Origin: Planctomycetota bacterium
GTDB lineage: Bacteria > Planctomycetota > UBA1135 > UBA2386
Assembly: GCA_046290465.1 (NCBI GenBank)
Contig: JBKAGP010000001.1
Location: forward strand, 4,896,001-4,960,000
Length of the DNA stretch: 64,000 nt
Reading direction: 5' to 3'
This document shows positions 41,657 through 52,000 of this stretch, one piece after another (positions within the stretch are counted from its first letter, which is position 1; the number at the start of each line of letters is the position of its first letter). Made by a program: the position numbers and the translations under genes. The notes under the pieces were generated by a model that worked only from the letters and a program-made list of their open reading frames with translations, did no database searches and was not told the origin of the DNA.

Positions 41657-41858
41657 ACGCGGCGCACGGATTCTTGCATCGTCCGCGCCCGCTCCGGATG
41701 CGTGGAGTTGGGCGGTGGCAGCGGCGAGGCGGCCCAGGTGTCCCCGTGTGCGCGCTGGCGGGACAACTGCATGTGCACGCGGAGCACCTCCTGCGCCCGT
41801 CGATCCCTTGCTTCAGATCCCATCCCTGCATGAAGGACTTCATCGGGCGGCATGCGCG

Positions 41859-42077
41859 CTATCGCTTCTCGAGCTCCGCGATCCTCTGCTCGAGCCTTCG
41901 CACCGTGCTCTCGAGCCGATCGACGTCGCCCTGCGCCCGGCGCGCTGCGTCCCGCGCTTCGCGGGCCTTGCTGCGAGCCTGGTTGCCGGCTCCGAGTGCG
42001 AGGATCAGCGCGATGACGGCGATGGCGAGTGTGCCGCAGCCGCCGCTTCGTGAGGGAGGTGGGGGCGCGTCGGTCAT
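41859..42077 (-). CDS. Small single-TM protein with C-terminal coiled coil
   Basis: TLAIAVIALILALGAG then VDRLESTVRRLEQRIAELE. Confidence 0.5.
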   Translation of the reverse strand: MTDAPPPPSRSGGCGTLAIAVIALILALGAGNQARSKAREARDAARRAQGDVDRLESTVRRLEQRIAELEKR

Positions 42078-42120
42078 CGACACAGCCTAGTTCGGCGCGG
42101 CGGGAAGCGGAACGCCCCGG

Positions 42121-42336
42121 TCAGTCCCGCTCGAGCTGGATCACCTCCACCGGGCAGTCGTCCGCAGCCTGCTCGATGTCCTCGGCCTGGCCCGAGAAGA
42201 ACTTCGCGGCCTCGGGGCGCACGATGCAGTCCTCGTCGTCCTCGACGAGGAACACATCGGGTGCGATGTCCTGGCAGAGCTTGCAGGAGATGCAGCCCTC
42301 TTCGATCCAGACCTTCTTGATGGGGGTGTCGCTCAC
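42121..42336 (-). CDS. Single-cluster [4Fe-4S]/[3Fe-4S] ferredoxin
   Basis: CISCKLC..IAPDVF...AADDCPVEVI. Confidence 0.92.
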   Translation of the reverse strand: MSDTPIKKVWIEEGCISCKLCQDIAPDVFLVEDDEDCIVRPEAAKFFSGQAEDIEQAADDCPVEVIQLERD

Positions 42337-42537
42337 GGGTGTCGCGGATTTCGGCCGAGCATCGTGGGGTGCCTTCGCCGGTCGGGCAAGCCTGGATCAA
42401 CGGCCGCCGCCCGAAATCGCGCGGATCGCCCGCGGTGTGGGTTCGCGAATTGTCAGAGGCCGACCAGCAGCCTGTCTCCGGCGGGCAGCGCGAAGCGCAG
42501 CTGCCCATGGGGCCCCGTTCTGGAGGCGCGTTGGCGC

Positions 42538-43353
42538 TCAGCCGAGGTCGAACAGCAGCGCCTCGACCTTCTCGCTGGCGGCCAGCGTCATCGTGCCGGC
42601 GTCCTCGGTGCTGGCGCCGTCGCCGGGCTCGAGGGTCTGGCCGTCGATGTCGAGGCGGCCGCGGATCAGCTGCACCCAGGTGCCGCGGCCGGGCGCGACC
42701 TCGTGCCGGATCTCGTCACCGGGCTCCAGCAGCAGCCGGCGCACGATCGCGTCCTGGTGGATCACGGCGCTGTCGTCGCGGCCGTCGGGCGAGATCACTA
42801 CCACGTCCTTGCCGTTCTCGTTCGCGGGCGTCGGCTTCCACTCGGTGTAGCTCGGCGTCAGCCCCATCTCGGCCGGTTCGATCCAGATCTGCAGCAGGTG
42901 CAGCGGCACGTCGTCGTTGGGGTTGAACTCGCTGTGCGTGACGCCGGTGCCGGCGCTCATCAGCTGGATCTCGCCCGGCTTCAGCTCGCGGCCGTTGCCC
43001 ATGCTGTCCTTGTGGGCGATCGCGCCTTCGACGATGTAGCTGAAGATCTCCATGTCGCGGTGCGGGTGGGTCGAGAACCCCTTACCGGGATGCACGCGGT
43101 CCTGGTTGATCACGCGCAGCGACCGGAAGCCCATGTGGTTCGGGTCGTAGTAGTTGGCGAAGCTGAACGTGTGGTAGGTGTCGAGCCAGCCGTGGTCGGC
43201 GTGGCCCCGCTCGGCCGAGCGGCGGATCGTCAGGGTCATCGGTCGGTCTCCAGGTGGGAGGGAAGCGGGGGATGAGGCGGTCTGCCCCTCGGGGCGCACG
43301 CAGGCGGCGCCGAGGCTCAGAATGCCTCCCGCGAGGAACGTTCGTCGTTTCAT
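42538..43353 (-). CDS. Pirin-family (YhhW-like) protein; possible Tat-lipoprotein leader (start 43353) or cytoplasmic form (start 43239)
   Basis: RGHADHGWLDTYHTFSFANYYDP..MGF.SLRVINQD, THPHRDMEI, HKDSMGN, MSAGTGVTHSEFN, LQIW. Confidence 0.93.
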   Translation of the reverse strand: MKRRTFLAGGILSLGAACVRPEGQTASSPASLPPGDRPMTLTIRRSAERGHADHGWLDTYHTFSFANYYDPNHMGFRSLRVINQDRVHPGKGFSTHPHRDMEIFSYIVEGAIAHKDSMGNGRELKPGEIQLMSAGTGVTHSEFNPNDDVPLHLLQIWIEPAEMGLTPSYTEWKPTPANENGKDVVVISPDGRDDSAVIHQDAIVRRLLLEPGDEIRHEVAPGRGTWVQLIRGRLDIDGQTLEPGDGASTEDAGTMTLAASEKVEALLFDLG

Positions 43354-43392
43354 GACGACAGGATCGTCCCGCGCGGCCGTTTCGACCAATGC

Positions 43393-43432
43393 CGACCGCT
43401 TCTCAAGGTCATGCCTCCAGGTTATGAAGTGC
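43393..43432. repeat. 40-bp direct repeat, copy 1 (contains a LysR-type TCAT-N11-ATGA dyad)
   Basis: CGACCGCTTCTCAAGGTCATGCCTCCAGGTTATGAAGTGC; 38/40 identical to 44306-44345. Confidence 0.92.
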
Positions 43433-43990
43433 GCCCCGGATCGTTGGAGCCCGGATCGTTGGAGCCCGGATCGTTGGAGCCCTGATCGTTGGAGGTCGAA
43501 GAGCGGCGGACTGGTCCGTCTTCGGCGCGGCGTCGCTCCAACTCGGCGACGTCGAGAAGGTCCTTGTCGCGACCGGTCGACCGTTTGTAGCGCAGCAGGT
43601 CGTCGAGACCGAGGAAGCAGATCTCTCGCCCTTCCCATTCGACGACGACGCGATTGGGCCAGGCATCGTCGAATGCCAAGCCGCTGACGCCTGTCAGAAG
43701 GTCGATTCGACGGGGCGGGATGCCGATCTGCACGACGACGTCTGGGCGCTCGAAGTCCTGTTGCGTCACGCCGAGCGCGGCGGTTGGCGCGCCAAAGGAC
43801 GCCAGGGCGGCCATCACGCATGTTGCGTTGTCGTGCGTTGGGCGGACCCAGAGGTCATGTCGCCCGTGGTCCTGGCGTGGCCATGGAGGGATACCGCATA
43901 GGCGCCGACGATCAGGAACGCAGCGTTGGCGTCGTGCAAGGCGGCAACCATGTCGCGGAAGTCCGCGTTGAGGGCTTGGATGCCCGTCAT
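43422..43990 (-). pseudogene. Frameshifted nucleotidyltransferase (DUF6036/MNT-like)
   Basis: Frame 1 ...FLIVGAYAVSLHGHARTTGD; after a 1-nt loss near 43856 frame 2 DLWVRP...RIDLLTGVSG..FDDAW...K.STGR.KDL.D. Confidence 0.8.
43435..43494. repeat. 15-bp tandem repeat CCCGGATCGTTGGAG x4
   Basis: Copies at 43435, 43450, 43465, 43480 (last with one mismatch); encodes SNDPG repeats at the NTase C-terminus. Confidence 0.92.
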
Positions 43991-44229
43991 GGCGATTCGC
44001 TGCCCCTGAGGATTCTGACGGGTGCCTCGGCGCGTTCGTAGTCGGGGATCGGGCGGCCGGCGATGGCCCACGACTGCACCACGAGTTCCCACATCATGGC
44101 CAGGCGCAGCTCCGGCGTCGTGGCGTCTGCAGCTGACGGTTCCTGCTCGCCAACCCTGCCACGAGCGACACGGACTGGCCAGTTGGCTCGCTGCTGGGCG
44201 CGGGTCTGTCGATCCGTCATCCGCATCAT
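43987..44229 (-). CDS. Small protein translationally coupled to the nucleotidyltransferase (putative partner/antitoxin)
   Basis: 80 aa, TPELRLAMMWELVVQSW; ATGA overlap with NTase start. Confidence 0.6.
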   Translation of the reverse strand: MMRMTDRQTRAQQRANWPVRVARGRVGEQEPSAADATTPELRLAMMWELVVQSWAIAGRPIPDYERAEAPVRILRGSESP

Positions 44230-44305
44230 CTTAATCGTAGGGGTGGTGCGGTGCTATCGGGTCGGTTGATGGTGAGGTTGCATGAGTCCGTGCGTCATGG
44301 TGTTA

Positions 44306-44345
44306 CGACCGCTTCTCAAGGTCATGCCTTCAGGTTATGAGGTGC
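44306..44345. repeat. 40-bp direct repeat, copy 2 (LysR-type dyad plus GAGG ribosome-binding site)
   Basis: CGACCGCTTCTCAAGGTCATGCCTTCAGGTTATGAGGTGC; ATG of the next gene at 44348. Confidence 0.92.
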
Positions 44346-44347
44346 TC

Positions 44348-45121
44348 ATGCCGATCCCCCTGCGAGCCCTGGTCCTGTTCGTTGTCGCGATGCTGGCCGC
44401 CTGCGCTGCGCCGCCGCCGACACTGGAGCGGGTCGCGATCCCGCCGGCGACGCGGCAGGTCGTGCTCGTCACCAACGAGCACTGGGCCGCGACCGACGCG
44501 CGCCTGCAGCGCTTCGAGCGCGACGGCGGCGGCGGCTGGCGGCAAGTCGGCGGGCCGGTGGCGGTGACCGTCGGACGCAGCGGCTTCGGTTGGGGGCTCG
44601 GTCTGCATCGCGACGGCGAAGGGCCGATCAAGAACGAAGGCGACGGGCGGGCGCCTGCCGGTGTGTTCGAACTCGGCACCGCCTTCGGCTACGCCGCCGA
44701 CGCGCCCGCAGGCTGCCGCGTCGCCTACCGCGCCGCCGGCGAGCGGGACTACTTCGTCGACGATGCCGGCTCGACGGACTACAACCGCTGGCGCCGGATC
44801 CCGGACGGTGAGGCCAACGATCCGAAGGCTCGTTGGCAGAGCTGCGAACGGATGCGTCGCGACGACCATCAGTACGAGTTCGGCATGGTCGTCGAGCACA
44901 ACGACGCCTGCGTGCCCGGTCGCGGCAGCGCGATCTTCCTGCACGTCTGGCAGCAGCCGGGGGCGCCGACCAGCGGCTGCACCGCGATGGCGCGCTCGGA
45001 CCTGCTGGCGCTGCTGCGCTGGCTCGATCCGACCGCGCGACCGCTGTTGGTGCAGGCGCCGCGCGGCGTCGTTGCTGAGGTCGGGATCGCCGAGGTCGGG
45101 GTCGCTGGCGAGGGGCGCTGA
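44348..45121 (+). CDS. L,D-transpeptidase (YkuD)-family lipoprotein
   Basis: Lipobox MLAAC; KNEGDGRAPAGVF; GSAIFLHVW....PTSGCTAM catalytic His/Cys. Confidence 0.85.
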   Translation: MPIPLRALVLFVVAMLAACAAPPPTLERVAIPPATRQVVLVTNEHWAATDARLQRFERDGGGGWRQVGGPVAVTVGRSGFGWGLGLHRDGEGPIKNEGDGRAPAGVFELGTAFGYAADAPAGCRVAYRAAGERDYFVDDAGSTDYNRWRRIPDGEANDPKARWQSCERMRRDDHQYEFGMVVEHNDACVPGRGSAIFLHVWQQPGAPTSGCTAMARSDLLALLRWLDPTARPLLVQAPRGVVAEVGIAEVGVAGEGR

Positions 45122-45123
45122 CG

Positions 45124-46026
45124 TTGGAGTTCCATCAGCTGCGCTACTTCGTCGCGGCGGCGGAGACCGGCAGCATGTCGCGCGCCGCCGAACGCGAGCA
45201 CGTCAGCCAGCCGGCGCTGAGCCGGCAGGTGGCGCAGCTCGAGAAGCGCCTCGGCGTGCAGCTGTTCGACCGCGTCAAGCAGCGCATCCGGCTCAGTGAG
45301 GCCGGCCGCTACTTCCTGCCGCGCGCACGCCAGCTGCTGTGCGATGCACAGACCAGTGAGCAGCAGCTGCGCGAACGGTTCGGTGGCAGCCGGCGCACCC
45401 TGCGGGTCGGCTTCGTCGGGCCGTTCCTCGACGACCTGGTGGCGCCGACCGTGCGCGAGCTGCGCCGCGAGCAGCGCGGGCTCAAGGTCGCCCTGTTCGA
45501 CCTGCCGCCGCGCGCGCAGCTCGAACGGCTGGCCGCGCGCGAGCTCGATGCGGCGATCCTCGGCAACCTCGAAGCGGAGCATCGGCAGAGCTTCCAGGTG
45601 CGGGCGTTGAGCCGGCACCGGTTCGCGTTGGCGCTGCCGGAGTCGCATCCGCTGGCGAATACGCGCAGCGTCGAGCTGGCCGCGATGCGCGACGAGCCGT
45701 TCGTGTCGCTCGACGACGCGTGGTTCCCGGGGCGGCGGCGGTTCCTGCTCGACACCTGTGCGCAGGCCGGGTTCGAACCCGAGGTCGCCGTCGAGCTCGA
45801 CTCGGTCGCGATGATGCTCGGCGCGGTCGCTGCCGGCGACGGCGTCGCGCTGGTGCCGCGCCACAGCGAGAAGCTGCCGCACGACGGCGCGGTGTTCGTG
45901 CGCATCAAGCCGCCGGTGCCGGTCATCGAACTGGTGCTGGTGACGCGTCGGCGGGAGCCCAGCGATGCGCTCGACGCGCTGCACGCGGCGCTGCGGGTGC
46001 GGGCGCGGGAGCTCGCGGACGGCTGA
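45124..46026 (+). CDS. LysR-family transcriptional regulator
   Basis: QLRYFVAAAETGSMSRAAEREHVSQPALSRQVAQLE; CAQAGFEP, VAAGDGVALVP. Confidence 0.93.
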   Translation: MEFHQLRYFVAAAETGSMSRAAEREHVSQPALSRQVAQLEKRLGVQLFDRVKQRIRLSEAGRYFLPRARQLLCDAQTSEQQLRERFGGSRRTLRVGFVGPFLDDLVAPTVRELRREQRGLKVALFDLPPRAQLERLAARELDAAILGNLEAEHRQSFQVRALSRHRFALALPESHPLANTRSVELAAMRDEPFVSLDDAWFPGRRRFLLDTCAQAGFEPEVAVELDSVAMMLGAVAAGDGVALVPRHSEKLPHDGAVFVRIKPPVPVIELVLVTRRREPSDALDALHAALRVRARELADG

Positions 46027-46037
46027 CGCGGTGCGGC

Positions 46038-47030
46038 TCAGATCCAGTCGATGTCGCCGAGGCTGAAGTGCCAGTTCTGCGCCAGGAACGGCTGGTTCGC
46101 GCGCGACGACCACGGCCGGAAGCCGATCCGGTGCTGGGTCGGGCGCACCTGGAAGCGGTGGTCGCCCTGGCAGCGCCGGAACGTCTCGCTCCACGTCGGC
46201 GCGGCCAGGGCCAGCGAGGTGTGGCCGTGCCGCCGCGCGCACTGCACGGCCGCATGCAGCAGCGCCCGTTGCGCGTCGCCGTCGTCGTCCGGCACGATCC
46301 ACTCGGCGATCGCGAGCGCATGGCCTTCGACCGGGGCCATCCGCAACACCGCCAGGCCGCGCAGTGCGCCGTCGGGGCCGCGCGCGGTCACGATCGCGTA
46401 GCGCTGCTCGGGGTTGGACCGGTAGCGCCAGTCGAGGTAGCGGCCGTCGCGCAGGATTCCGCTGGGCACGTCCCGGTGCCAGCGTTCGGCGAGCGCGTCG
46501 GCGTCCGGCGGGATTGCGTCGCCGGTCGAGGTCGCGAGGCTGGTGCCGGGATCGGGCTCCGCGAGGTCGCGCACCAGCACCAGCACGTCGGCGGTCACCT
46601 CGAACCGGCAGAAGCGCACCAGCGTGCGCAACAGCCCCGGCACGGGCAGGCCGAAGGCCGCGCACATCGAGCCGTCGCCGAACTCGGCGAAGAACGCCTG
46701 GCTGGTCCGGCGCAGGATGCTGGCCCCGGCCATGCCGCGTCGCAGATCGGGGTGCACGCTCGCGTCGCCGGCGCGCTGCACCACGGTCCGGCGGCCGTCG
46801 AGCAGGCACGGCAGCGGCACGCCCGAGAACGACGCCACGCAGCTTCCGTCGTTCGCGAACGCGCCGACCACCTGCGTGCGACGCAGCGGGTTGTCGACGA
46901 AGCGCCAACGCCACTGGTCGACGCTGCGGTGCCCGCCGAAGCCCAGTTCGTGCAGGTACAGCAGCGAACGCCGATCGGCGACGGTGGCGCGACGGATGGT
47001 CAGCTCTGCCGCGAGCAGCGGGCTGTGCAA
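46038..47030 (-). CDS. GNAT-family acetyltransferase (tandem GNAT)
   Basis: IRRAT..D, WRWRF..NP, DASVHPDLRRG, FGLP, RDGRYLDWRY..NP, SLGDID. Confidence 0.75.
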   Translation of the reverse strand: MHSPLLAAELTIRRATVADRRSLLYLHELGFGGHRSVDQWRWRFVDNPLRRTQVVGAFANDGSCVASFSGVPLPCLLDGRRTVVQRAGDASVHPDLRRGMAGASILRRTSQAFFAEFGDGSMCAAFGLPVPGLLRTLVRFCRFEVTADVLVLVRDLAEPDPGTSLATSTGDAIPPDADALAERWHRDVPSGILRDGRYLDWRYRSNPEQRYAIVTARGPDGALRGLAVLRMAPVEGHALAIAEWIVPDDDGDAQRALLHAAVQCARRHGHTSLALAAPTWSETFRRCQGDHRFQVRPTQHRIGFRPWSSRANQPFLAQNWHFSLGDIDWI

Positions 47031-47168
47031 GACGAGGTTGGTTGTCCTTCTTCCGAGGGCCGCGCGGCGGAGTCGAAGGGCATGCCTCCGGGCGCGGGTG
47101 GTGCCTCGGGGCCTCCTAGGTCGCCCTGGGTTCGAGGTAACCGCGGCGCCTCGTCGGTTCGCGCCCGG

Positions 47169-48044
47169 CTACGGTTCGGGCGCGCACGAGATCATCTCGT
47201 CGAGCAGCGGGTGCTCGGGCGCGTCCTTGCGCCACGCCATCACGATCGGAAACGTAACGCGTGGCTTGCCCCAGGGATACGCGGCGAGTCGTCGGCCTTT
47301 CGGGCCGTCCGGGTCGAGGCTCGGGACCAGCGACCAGCCGAGCCCGGACTCGACGTAGCCGAGGATCGTGTCGGCGGTGTCGAGCGCGATCGTCGACGCC
47401 GGCACGATGCCGTGCATCGCGAGGGCCTGCAGCTGCAGCGCGTGGTGGCGCGTGCCGGGTGGGTAGCTCAAGAACGGGATCGGGCCGAGGTCGCGCAGCT
47501 GCGGCCGGCCGCGACGCGGCGCGTGTTCCTTCGGCACGACCAGGCACGCGTGCACGGTGGCGATCTCCTGCGCCGCGATGTCGTCGGGCACCTCGGGCAG
47601 GTGCGCGATCATCACGTCGGCGGCGCCGCTGCGCAGGACCTCGACGTTGACGTGCACCAGCTCCTGCAGCGACAGCTGCGCCTTGGGCCGGCGCTTGCGC
47701 AGCGTCATCAGCCAGCCGGGCAGCAGTTGCCGGATCAGCAGCGACTCGGCGTGGATCGTCAGCGAGCCGTCGTAGTCGCCGGTGCGCACGTTCTCGACGA
47801 CGCGCGGCAGGTCGCGGAAGAACGGCGCGATGAACTCGAGCAGGTGCTGGCCGGCCGGCGTCGGCTGCATCGTGTCCTTGCCGACCCGCATCAGCAGCTC
47901 GACGCCGACCTCGGCCTCGAGCTTCTTGACCTGCTGGTGCAGCGCCGGTTGCGTGATCGGATAGTCGGCGGCGCGCGCGGCCTTGGCGTAGCCGCCGCTG
48001 GTCGCGACGAGGTGGAAGCCGGCCAGACGGTGCAGGTCGATCAT
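47169..48044 (-). CDS. LysR-family transcriptional regulator
   Basis: LHRLAGFHLVA..GGYAKAA.....ITQPALHQQVKKLE..G..L; VESGLGWSLVP. Confidence 0.88.
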   Translation of the reverse strand: MIDLHRLAGFHLVATSGGYAKAARAADYPITQPALHQQVKKLEAEVGVELLMRVGKDTMQPTPAGQHLLEFIAPFFRDLPRVVENVRTGDYDGSLTIHAESLLIRQLLPGWLMTLRKRRPKAQLSLQELVHVNVEVLRSGAADVMIAHLPEVPDDIAAQEIATVHACLVVPKEHAPRRGRPQLRDLGPIPFLSYPPGTRHHALQLQALAMHGIVPASTIALDTADTILGYVESGLGWSLVPSLDPDGPKGRRLAAYPWGKPRVTFPIVMAWRKDAPEHPLLDEMISCAPEP

Positions 48045-48111
48045 GCAGACTAGCTTAACGAATCGGGCGCGATCGATCTCTCGGTTGCCGAGCGGATCCG
48101 GCCGGCGGCCG

Positions 48112-48888
48112 TCAGGGGATCCAGTGCGTCAGCACGTAGCCGGTCAAGAACGCGATCGACAGCATGAACACGATCCCGGCGATGCTGACCGACAGCAGGC
48201 CGGCGAGCACCGATCGCACGCTCCAGCCGAACGCGCCGCCCAGCGTCAGCACCGAGTAGGCGACGTAGATCCCGTAGCTGACGTAGCCGTGCAGCATCGG
48301 GTCGATGCGCACCAGCACCTGTCCGGTGACCGCGGTCAGCAGCATGACGTGCCCGACCACGTGCAGGGCGACGACGAGGCACTCGGCGAAGTTGATCCGC
48401 GTCCACAGCGCCAGCCGCACGATCGCCGCCATCAGCGGCACGAACGTCAGCAGGCCGAGCCACGTGTAGGCGTTCTGGATCAGGGCGATGTAGCGGTCGG
48501 CGGCCCAGCGGCGCGGCTCGGCCACGCCCTGCTGTTCGAGCCATGCGAAGTACTGCGCCGGCATCGGGTCGGTGACCACGGCCGTCATCCGGTCTCTGAC
48601 CAGCCACACGCCGAGCAACTGGACGCCCGCGCAGAGCACGTACCAGAGCACCGGGCTGACGTAGCGGGTCCGGCGCCCCTGCAGGTAGTCGCGCGTCGCC
48701 CGGCCGGGGTGCGCGGTCATCACCAGCAGCGTGCGCCACTTGCCGCGTTCGACGCTGAACAACCGCGAGGCCAGCTCGCCGGCCAGGCTGCGGAACGTCA
48801 GGCGGCCGAGCTGGCGCTGCCCGCAGGCGGGGCAGAACGCGGCGGGGGCCTCCGTGTCGCAGTTCGGGCACCGAGGTGGCGAGGGCAT
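48112..48888 (-). CDS. DUF3667-family membrane protein with N-terminal zinc ribbon
   Basis: CPNC......FCPACGQ, RTL......PG..TRDYL.GRR.RYVSP; 5-6 TM segments. Confidence 0.8.
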   Translation of the reverse strand: MPSPPRCPNCDTEAPAAFCPACGQRQLGRLTFRSLAGELASRLFSVERGKWRTLLVMTAHPGRATRDYLQGRRTRYVSPVLWYVLCAGVQLLGVWLVRDRMTAVVTDPMPAQYFAWLEQQGVAEPRRWAADRYIALIQNAYTWLGLLTFVPLMAAIVRLALWTRINFAECLVVALHVVGHVMLLTAVTGQVLVRIDPMLHGYVSYGIYVAYSVLTLGGAFGWSVRSVLAGLLSVSIAGIVFMLSIAFLTGYVLTHWIP

Positions 48889-49056
48889 GGTGCCGGCAGC
48901 GTGGCGCATGGGCGGGCGCGGCGCAACGGCGGGAAGTCCCATGGCTGCGGTTGGTTGCGTGCGGCTCGAGGTGCCTTGCCAATCATGAAGCAAGGCTTTA
49001 CGTTGGGGTCATTGCAACTTGCGCACACAAAACGAATCGGCTGGCGATAGTTGCGC

Positions 49057-52000
49057 ATGTCCAGTTCGCAGGAGTCGCTCACGATGCCAGCCAGCCAACC
49101 CCGACCGTTCTCTCTCGCCTCGCTGCTGACCGCGCAGTTCTTCGGCGCGTTCAACGACAACGCCTTCAAGATGATCGTCGTGCTGCTGGGTCTGGCAGCG
49201 GTCGACGGCCAGGGTGAGGTCGAGAAGCAGGGGGTCACCACCCTCGCGATGATCGTGCTGACGGCGCCGCTGATGCTCGGCTCGCTGCCGGCGATGGTGG
49301 TCGGCGACCGCGTGTCCAAGCGCAGCCTGATCGTCTGGACCAAGCTCGCCGAACTGCTGCTGATGGCGTTCGGTACCTACGCGCTGTGGGCGCAGCCGCA
49401 GGGCTGGCTGCCCTACGTCGTGCTCGGCGGCATGGGGCTGCAGAGCGCGCTGTTCGCGCCGGGCAAGTACGGCCTGCTGCCCGAGGTTCTGCCGCACGAG
49501 CGCCTGACCGCGGCCAACGGCAAGCTCGAGGCGGCGAGCTTCCTCGCCATCATCCTCGGCACCGTCGCCGGCGGCCTGCTGCTCGAGAACGTCGGCGACT
49601 ACGTCTGGGTCGCCGGCCTGATCCTGACGACGCTGTCGTCGATCGGCTTCGCCGCGTCGCTGCGGCTGCCGCGGGTGCCGGCGTCGGGTGGCGACGAGCA
49701 GCCGACGGTGGCGCTGCGGGGCGCCTGGCGGGCGGTGCGCGGCGACCGCACGCTGTGGCTCGCGACGCTCGGCACGGTCGCGTTCTGGAGCATCGCGAGC
49801 CTGCTCGGCCAGGACGTGCTGGTCTACGGCAAGGAGGTGCTGGCGTTCCCCGACGACCTCGCCGCGGTGCCCTACGCGCTGTTCGCGATCGGCGTCGGCG
49901 GCGGTTCGCTGCTGGCCGGCAGGATCGCGAAGGGCAAGGTCGAGACCGGCCTGATCCCGCTCGGCGCGATCGGTCTGGCGGTGACCACGGCCGCGATGGG
50001 CGTGTTCGTGCCGGGGCGCGTGATGACGTTCGTGCTGATGACGCTGCTCGGCGTCGCCAGCGGCTTCGTGGTCGTGCCGCTCAACTCGCTGATCCAGTGG
50101 CGCGCGCCGGCCAACCGCCGCGGTGCGATCATCGCGCTGGTCAACATGCTGTCGTTCGCCGGCATGATGCTGGGCAACTTCGGCTGCCTGGGCCTCGCGC
50201 AGCTCGGCTGTGACTGCGCGACGATCCTGCTGGCCGCGGCCATCGCGACCGCGGCGGCGACCGCGTGGGCGATCTGGCTGTTGCCCGAGGCGCTGCTGCG
50301 TCTGGTCGTCGTGCTCGCCGCGCACACCCTCTACCGGGTGCGCGTGCTCGGCCAGCAGCGCGTGCCCGAACGGGGCGGTGCGCTGCTGGTGCCCAACCAC
50401 GTGTCGTTCCTCGACGGCCTGTTCCTGCTGGCGGCGACCGACCGGCCGATCCGCTTCGTCGTCGACCAGTACTGGTACGAACGGCCGTGGCTGAAGCCGT
50501 TCTTGCAGGCGCTCGGCGCGATCCCGATCAGCGCCACCGGCGGTCCGCGCATCGTGCTGCGGGCGCTGCGCGACGCCGGCCAGGCGCTCGACGACGGCGA
50601 GGTCGTCTGCCTGTTCGCCGAGGGCGAGATCAGCCGCATGGGCAGCACGCTGCCGTTCCGTCGCGGCCTCAAGCGCATCGTCAAGAACCGCAACGCGCCG
50701 ATCGTGCCGGTGCACCTCGACCGCGTCTACGGCTCGCTCGGCAGCTCGCAACAGGGCCGGCTGCAGTGGCTGCCGACGCGCATCCCGTGCCCGGTCACGG
50801 TGTCGTTCGGCGAGCCGATGCCCAACGACGCGCGCCCCGAGGACGTGCGCGCCGCGGTCGAGTCGCTGGCAGAAGGTGCCGCGCAGCTGCGCACAGGAGA
50901 ACTGCAGCCGCTGCACGTCGCGTTCGTGCAGCGCGTGCGCCGCGCGCCGTGGCGCCAGTGCCTCGGCGACACCGAGGGCAAGCGGCTGTCGCGCGGCGCG
51001 TCGCTGGCCGGGGCCGTGGTGCTGGCCCGCCGCCTGCGCGGACCGTGGGCCGACCAGCAGCGTGTCGGCGTGATGCTGCCGCCGTCGATCGCCGGGGCGT
51101 TGGTCGCGTTCGCCGCCAGCCTCGCCGGTCGCACCGCGGTCGCGCTCAACTTCACGGTCGGCCGGGCGGCGATGGCGTCTGCCGTGCGCCAGTCGCAGCT
51201 GCGAACGGTCGTGACGTCGCGCCGATTCGTCGAACGTCTCGACCCGGACGTGCTGGCGGCGCTGGACGGCATCACGCTGGTCTACCTCGAGGACCTGACC
51301 GAGGGCATCGGCGCGTTCGAGCGGCTCGCCGGCCTGCTGCGCGGCCTGCTGCTGCCGATGGGCATGCTCGAGCGCGCCTGCGGTGCGGTGCGGCGGGTGC
51401 GCCGCGACGACGTCGCGACGATCCTGTTCAGCAGCGGCAGCACCGGCGAGCCGAAGGGCATCGAACTGACGCACACCAACGTGCAGGCCAACTGCGACGC
51501 GATCGCGCAGGTCGTGCCGTTCGACCACCGCGACAAGCTGGTCGGCGTGCTGCCGATGTTCCACTCGTTCGGCAACATGGCGCTGTGGTACGCGGTCGGC
51601 CAGGGGGCGGGCATCGTGTTCCACCCCAACCCGCTCGAGGCCGCGGCGGTCGGCCACCTGGTCGCGACGCACGGCGCGACCGTGCTGATCGCGACGCCGA
51701 CGTTCCTGCAGCTCTACCACCGACGGGTCGAACCCGGCCAGTTCGGCTCGCTGCGCATGGTGCTGACCGGCGCCGAGAAGCTGACCGACCAGCTCGCCGA
51801 CGCGTTCGCCGACCGCTTCGGCCTGCGCCCGGTGCAGGGCTACGGCGCGACCGAGTGTTCGCCGGCGATCGCGGTCAGCGCGCCGGGCTACCGCGCGCCG
51901 GGCTTCTACCAGGCCGGTTCGCGCCGCGGGTCGGTCGGCCGGCCGCTGCCGGGCGTGACCGTCAAGGTCGTCGATCCCGACACGTTCGAACCGGTGGTGA

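Noticed and set aside
41653..41853. 66-aa minus-strand ORF (and overlapping 41463-41843)
   Set aside because: No motif, weak coding bias and no clear ribosome-binding site; cannot be supported.
43393..44345. Integron cassette or IS element
   Set aside because: No attC-like hairpin, integrase, transposase or terminal inverted repeats recognised; only direct repeats.
47100..47160. tRNA-like GGTTCGAG sequence in the GNAT-LysR gap
   Set aside because: No cloverleaf, D-arm or acceptor stem could be built.
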